Source: a virus. Taken from it: a DNA stretch of 47,120 nucleotides. Under the pieces are notes generated by a model. The model was not told the origin of the DNA and did not search any database. It saw nothing but the letters and a program-made list of their open reading frames with translations. The stretch is from UHGV virus genome UHGV-0008871; one strand, written 5' to 3'. The translations under genes and the position numbers were made by a program. Each line of letters starts with the position of its first letter. Positions within the stretch are counted from its first letter, which is position 1. Below, in pieces: positions 47,001 through 47,120 of this stretch.

Positions 47001-47120
47001 GATAGCTTTACTGCTTTCAAACCACGCTGAAGCATTCCTGGCTTTTTCACTACAATATTGGGTGAGACTATCACCATTAATACGAATTCCTCTTTGAATG
47101 TGGTAGTCGTCCTGATCGTA

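Overview
The window reads as an Escherichia coli chromosomal segment carrying an apparently intact ~43.9 kb lambdoid prophage integrated into the 3' end of tRNA-Arg(CCU) (argW), next to host genes yfdC and mlaA. All calls rest on reading the sequence and ORF track and on recalled protein sequences; no database search was run. A 15-bp direct repeat (442-456 and 44352-44366) marks the two prophage ends, with a P4/IntS-type integrase at the tRNA end and a TorI/AlpA-type excisionase at the far end. Gene order is mosaic: lambda-like recombination genes (orf60a/63/61, exo, bet, gam, kil, cIII, ea10), sieB, a P22-type immunity region (gp24-like N, c2-like repressor, cro, c1-like cII, boxA/boxB nut sites), lambda O/P/ren with ori iterons inside O, a nin region (ninB, N6-adenine methyltransferase, ninE, ninF split by an HNH endonuclease gene, ninG, ninI), a putative Q, two tRNA genes, the lambda lysis cassette (S, R, Rz/Rz1), Rha, terminase, portal, head genes, a contractile-tail and baseplate module, and two tail-fibre genes. 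The candidates most worth follow-up are: (1) a LexA-box-controlled two-gene cassette between the tail-fibre genes, whose second product resembles the UmuD N-terminal region but lacks the serine motif; (2) a very AT-rich, reverse-oriented gene for a small two-helix membrane protein inside the tail operon; (3) a canonical Nudix box at the N-terminus of a head scaffold-like protein; (4) an HNH endonuclease gene inserted into ninF; (5) a tail fibre with three internal repeats and a C-terminal SGNH-esterase-like domain. No CRISPR array or recognisable known defence system was found.
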